From Nitrospira sp. (GTDB lineage Bacteria > Nitrospirota > Nitrospiria > Nitrospirales > Nitrospiraceae), in assembly GCA_047150005.1 (NCBI GenBank), contig AP038806.1, forward strand, positions 1,664,001 through 1,728,000: 64,000 nt of DNA, read 5' to 3'. The notes beneath the pieces were generated by a model. It was not told the DNA's origin. It was given only the letters and a program-made list of their open reading frames with translations, and searched no databases. Both the position numbers and the translations under genes were made by a program. Shown in pieces: positions 60,058-64,000 of this stretch. How positions within the stretch are numbered: the first letter of the stretch is position 1; each line of letters opens with the position of its first letter.

Positions 60058-63000
60058 TCAGCCTTGGCTCATGTGACCGGCGGCGCCGGTCGCCTGGTGG
60101 ACCTGAATGGCACCGTACAGTTCCTCGACCGCGGCTTCCTTGGTCAACAACGCGGCTGCGCCCGCCTGCTTCATGGCCTGATCGTTCTCAATGCCGGCAT
60201 TGACCGACAGGCCGATGACGATCGTGTTCGGATGGGACGCCCTGATCCGTCTCGTGGCGTCGATGCCGTTCATCCCGGGCATGTTGACGTCCATGACGAC
60301 AACGGACGGTTGCAGCCGATCCACGCAGGCAAGAGCTTCGAATCCGTCCCGAGCCTCGCCCACGATCTCGACGTCCGCATAGGTTTCCAGGACGCTGCGC
60401 AACCCCTGGCGTACCATTGCGTGATCGTCCACGAGGAGCACGCGGTGCGTTGCTGTCTGAAGCGGAACAAGGTTGGCAAAGCGGTCGTCCCGGAGCAGGT
60501 CATCCGATTGCGTCGCCACACGAGACATGGGCAAGCCGGTTGGTCCGGCTCCGGTGCCTCGCTCGGCCCCCATGCCCGCCGGCTCAGCATTATTCGGCAA
60601 CGGCAGGACCAGGCGAGCCCTCGTGCCCTTGCCGGGCTGCGAAATCAGGTCGAGCCTACCCCCCAGCGCCGTCATCCGTTCCCGGATGCTGTACAGGCCG
60701 AACTTTGACGAAAGCGCCGTCGGCACTTCGGCTGCAAAGGCCGCGTTGGGGTCGAACCCCTTCCCCTGGTCTCCAACTTCGACCAGCAAGGTTCCCTCCT
60801 GTCGCACGATCGACAGGAACGCCTGGCCTGACTGACCGTGTTTTGCGGCGTTGATCAGCAATTCCCGCACCGATTGAAAGAGAAGGACCGCTTGATCTTC
60901 AGCGAGGGCTACCTCGCCGACCCCTTCCGCCTTCACGTCCACGTTCAAATTGTGCCGGTTCATTCTGTCGGCCAGCCATTTGAGCGCCGGAACCAAACCG
61001 AACTCGTGAAGGACCGTGGGGGCGAGATCGGCGACCAAGGTTCTCGTATAGGTCAGTGATTCGCTCAGCGCGTCCTGTGTCTGTTGGACCAGTTCCGCAC
61101 CCTTGTCGTCCAGCCTCGCCGTCCGCTTCAATTGCCCCAGATTCAACCGGCACAGCACCAGCATTTGGGCGAGGTGGTCGTGCAGTTCCATGGCCATCCG
61201 CTTCCGTTCCCGTTGTTCGGCGAAGTTCAGCTCTGTCGCCATGGCCCGCAACCGCTTTTGCGACTGCAGCAGTTTGTTGGTGCGATCCGCGACCATCTGC
61301 TCCAACCGAGCGGCAAACAAACGGAGCCGGTCTTCGCTCTCCCGCAACCGAGTTTCGGCCCTGCGCCGGTCGATGCCGGTGGCCAATGTTCCGCCGATCG
61401 CCTGAGCCAACGCGATCTGGTTTGCGTCCATGGTCCGAGGTCGATCGAAATACACCATGAACTTGCCGAGAAGCTTCCCGCCGTACATCAGGGGGATGAA
61501 ACTCAGAGCCCGGATTCCTTCCCGGTCGATCACCGCCTTCAGCGCGGGGTCGAGGGACGTATCGGCAATATCTCCGATGATGATCGGCCGGGGATCCGGT
61601 TCATCCGCGCTCCAAGGAGAGTGCCCTTCCACGGCGCGCCGGTACTGTTCCGACAGGCCCCTCCAGGCCTTGAACCGGATGACGCCGTCGCCCTCGAAGA
61701 GGAGGATGGACGCTCGATCGGCGCCGAGGGTCTGGATGATCGAGTCGAGCGCCCGCTCGTACAGCTGGGGCAGCGCGTCGGCATGGTTGACCGCTTCGGC
61801 CAATTCAAAGAGCAGGCGCTGCTGACTGCTGCGTACGAGCAACTCCTCCTGGGCCTGCTTGCGCTCCGTGATGTCGGTCGCGACGCCGATGATCTGCTTC
61901 ACTCGGCCGTCCACATCACGTTCGAATGCCGTCGCTCTCGACAGCAGCCAGCGATACGAACCGTCCGCATGCCGGATGCGGTGCTCGTGCTCCAAGGCCT
62001 CTCCTTCCGCGGTCCCGTCGAATCGTGCGAACCACTCAAGCGTCCCCTGCAGGTCGTCCGGATGGACGCTCTGATCGATCAATTCGCCGGGTACCGCTTG
62101 AATCAGCGCCGAGCTGTAGCCGAGCACGGAGTCGATGCGTTTGTTCGAGTAGATGTTGCGGCCTTCGCGGATGTCGTAGACGAACAGGATGTCCGGCGTG
62201 GCAGCGGCCATGCGCTCCAGGAAGAGCTTGCTGCGGGCGAGCTCTCCCTGCATGTCTCGACGCACGCGCGCCAATTCATAATGGCTTTCCACCCGGGCCA
62301 GAAGTTCCCGCGCGCTGAACGGCTTGATGAGATAGTCATCCGCGCCGTGTGCCAATCCTTCGATGCGGGATACTTCACCCGCCCTCGCGGACAGCAGAAT
62401 GATCGGAATGGCTCTGGTGGAAGGATCATTGCGCAGCGCGCGTACCAATCCGAACCCGTCGAGCGTGGGCATCATGACGTCGCTCAGAATCACGTCGGGC
62501 GGGCGGGCCTGCGCCGCGGCCAACGCAGCGGCTCCGTCGGTCACGGCCTCCACGTCGAATCGTCGATCCAGTAACCGGGTGAGGTAGGCCCGCATATCGG
62601 CGTTGTCGTCGGCCAACAGCACGCGGGGCCGCGACTGCTCGGGTGCTCCGTCACGAAGACGGATCGAAGGTTCCGGATTCCCCTCCGCCTCGGGTTCCGA
62701 TGCCCGCCGCTCGATGCCGGTCTCGGCAGGAAGCCAGCGCAACGCCTCCTCCAGATAGAGATCGGCCCTTGCACCGGTCGACTCAGGATGGCCGGCCGGT
62801 CTCACGTGGTCCGCCGGCAAATGGGCGGTGCCGAAGGGGACTCTGACCGTAAAGACGGATCCTTCGTCGACAATGCTGGTGACGGTCAGTGAGCCGCCGT
62901 GCTGCTGCACGAGCTGTTTGACCAGCGCGAGGCCGATGCCGCTGCCCTCGATCGTTCGTCCTCCCCCGCCCTGCACGCGATGAAACCGTTCGAAGATTTT

Positions 63001-63999
63001 CGGCAGCTCTTCGTCGGGGATCCCGACGCCCGTGTCGCGGACGTCCAGGACTGCAGCCGGTCCGTCCTCCTGCAAGACGACGGCGATGCTCCCCTGCAGC
63101 GTGAATTTGAAGGCGTTGGACAACAGATTCAGCACGATCTTCTCCCACATCTCCCGGTCGACATAGACCGGCTTGGACAAAGTCCGGCACTCCACCGTCA
63201 ACCTGAGTTGCGCCCGTTCGACGGCGGACCGAAATACGGCGGTGAGCTGGGCGGTCAATGCCGCCAGATCGGTCGGCTCGTAGTGGGCCTGGGCCCGGCC
63301 CGCTTCAACCCTGGAAAAATCGAGCAGGGCATTGACCAGTTTGAGAAGACGCCGGCTGTTACGGTAGGCGAGGCCGAGCCGATCACGATGGACGGGAGCC
63401 AGGGGAGCGAGCCGGTCGTCCAGGCTGTCCCGCAAGGGCTCAAGCATCAGCGTCAGCGGCGTGCGGAACTCGTGACTCACATTGGAAAAGAACGCCGTCT
63501 TGGCCCGATCCAGTTCGGCCAATGATTCCGCGCGCCTGGTTTCTTCTTCCAGCGCCCGGGCGCTGGCGATCGCACTGCCGATCTGGCCGGCGATCAGAAC
63601 CAGGAAACCGCGGTAGCCGGCGTCCAGCACACGTTGGGGATTGAGACCTGCGATGAGGAATCCGGCCGCCTGAGTCAGCCCCGGTGTGGCGATCGGTAAA
63701 ATCAGCGCCGTTTGGGGGGATTCGGGACGGAATTTCTGCAAGCACGATCCGAAACGCTCCGTCAGGTTCGAGACGAGTTCGCCGCCTCCGGTCTCGAATA
63801 CCGTGCGTAGAGGCCAGGTCGTCGACTCCGCCGCATCGCCCATGTCGATCCGTTCCGGGGTAGCCGATGTGCCGGCAGCCAGGCCCGTCGTGGCGATCAA
63901 CCGGGCACACCGTCCGCCACCGTCGAGCAGATACAGCAAGGTAAAAGGGAGATCGGCGCGATTGGCGCCCAGGCTGCTTGTGGCCGCGATGCAGGCTCC
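60058..63999 (-). CDS. double-kinase hybrid (GAF, HisKA, HATPase, REC, PAS, GAF, HisKA_3, HATPase, REC); 5' end outside the window
   Basis: FFSNVSHEFRTP and, separately, RERKRMAMELHDHLAQ; two HATPase and two REC domains; frame is open to the window edge. Confidence 0.9.
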   Translation of the reverse strand, partial: GACIAATSSLGANRADLPFTLLYLLDGGGRCARLIATTGLAAGTSATPERIDMGDAAESTTWPLRTVFETGGGELVSNLTERFGSCLQKFRPESPQTALILPIATPGLTQAAGFLIAGLNPQRVLDAGYRGFLVLIAGQIGSAIASARALEEETRRAESLAELDRAKTAFFSNVSHEFRTPLTLMLEPLRDSLDDRLAPLAPVHRDRLGLAYRNSRRLLKLVNALLDFSRVEAGRAQAHYEPTDLAALTAQLTAVFRSAVERAQLRLTVECRTLSKPVYVDREMWEKIVLNLLSNAFKFTLQGSIAVVLQEDGPAAVLDVRDTGVGIPDEELPKIFERFHRVQGGGGRTIEGSGIGLALVKQLVQQHGGSLTVTSIVDEGSVFTVRVPFGTAHLPADHVRPAGHPESTGARADLYLEEALRWLPAETGIERRASEPEAEGNPEPSIRLRDGAPEQSRPRVLLADDNADMRAYLTRLLDRRFDVEAVTDGAAALAAAQARPPDVILSDVMMPTLDGFGLVRALRNDPSTRAIPIILLSARAGEVSRIEGLAHGADDYLIKPFSARELLARVESHYELARVRRDMQGELARSKLFLERMAAATPDILFVYDIREGRNIYSNKRIDSVLGYSSALIQAVPGELIDQSVHPDDLQGTLEWFARFDGTAEGEALEHEHRIRHADGSYRWLLSRATAFERDVDGRVKQIIGVATDITERKQAQEELLVRSSQQRLLFELAEAVNHADALPQLYERALDSIIQTLGADRASILLFEGDGVIRFKAWRGLSEQYRRAVEGHSPWSADEPDPRPIIIGDIADTSLDPALKAVIDREGIRALSFIPLMYGGKLLGKFMVYFDRPRTMDANQIALAQAIGGTLATGIDRRRAETRLRESEDRLRLFAARLEQMVADRTNKLLQSQKRLRAMATELNFAEQRERKRMAMELHDHLAQMLVLCRLNLGQLKRTARLDDKGAELVQQTQDALSESLTYTRTLVADLAPTVLHEFGLVPALKWLADRMNRHNLNVDVKAEGVGEVALAEDQAVLLFQSVRELLINAAKHGQSGQAFLSIVRQEGTLLVEVGDQGKGFDPNAAFAAEVPTALSSKFGLYSIRERMTALGGRLDLISQPGKGTRARLVLPLPNNAEPAGMGAERGTGAGPTGLPMSRVATQSDDLLRDDRFANLVPLQTATHRVLLVDDHAMVRQGLRSVLETYADVEIVGEARDGFEALACVDRLQPSVVVMDVNMPGMNGIDATRRIRASHPNTIVIGLSVNAGIENDQAMKQAGAAALLTKEAAVEELYGAIQVHQATGAAGHMSQG

Positions 64000-64000
64000 G

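Noticed and set aside
1..64000. Prophage, integrative element or anti-phage defence island
   Set aside because: No integrase, transposase, phage, restriction or known defence genes were recognised, and no obvious compositional break is visible by eye

Overview
GC-rich chromosomal segment whose gene content and small-protein families look Nitrospira-like (inference; no rRNA or marker gene is in the window). It is a dense signalling and stress/carbohydrate region. Signalling genes: 8 histidine kinases (four paralogous NarX/HisKA_3-type hybrids, one of them a two-kinase-module protein, plus a 12-repeat poly-HAMP group III-like hybrid), three sigma54 enhancer-binding proteins, two NarL-family regulators and stand-alone receivers. 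Carbohydrate genes: otsB, a membrane-anchored otsA, GH15, glgX, treZ, two amylo-alpha-1,6-glucosidases and a GT4. General-stress small genes: DUF1328, YtxH, DksA/TraR and a Cys-rich four-helix bundle. Several pseudogenes carry internal deletions (ligD, pyruvate oxidase, a second Crp). Two regulatory grammars can be read directly from the intergenic DNA. (1) A 16-bp palindrome CTRGGG-N4-CCYYAG is present about 12 times. (2) GACA-N3-TGTC boxes, usually paired 19 bp apart, lie 75-140 bp upstream of GG-N10-GC sigma54 promoters; one such unit drives a ~340-nt terminator-bounded transcript with no credible ORF. Other candidate novel modules are a nucleotidyltransferase/metallophosphoesterase pair, a wHTH-like + 2x DUF5985 cassette ending a kinase cascade, and a CxC...FHPP leader ORF before a cupredoxin-like lipoprotein. 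No CRISPR, tRNA, rRNA, transposase or integrase was seen.
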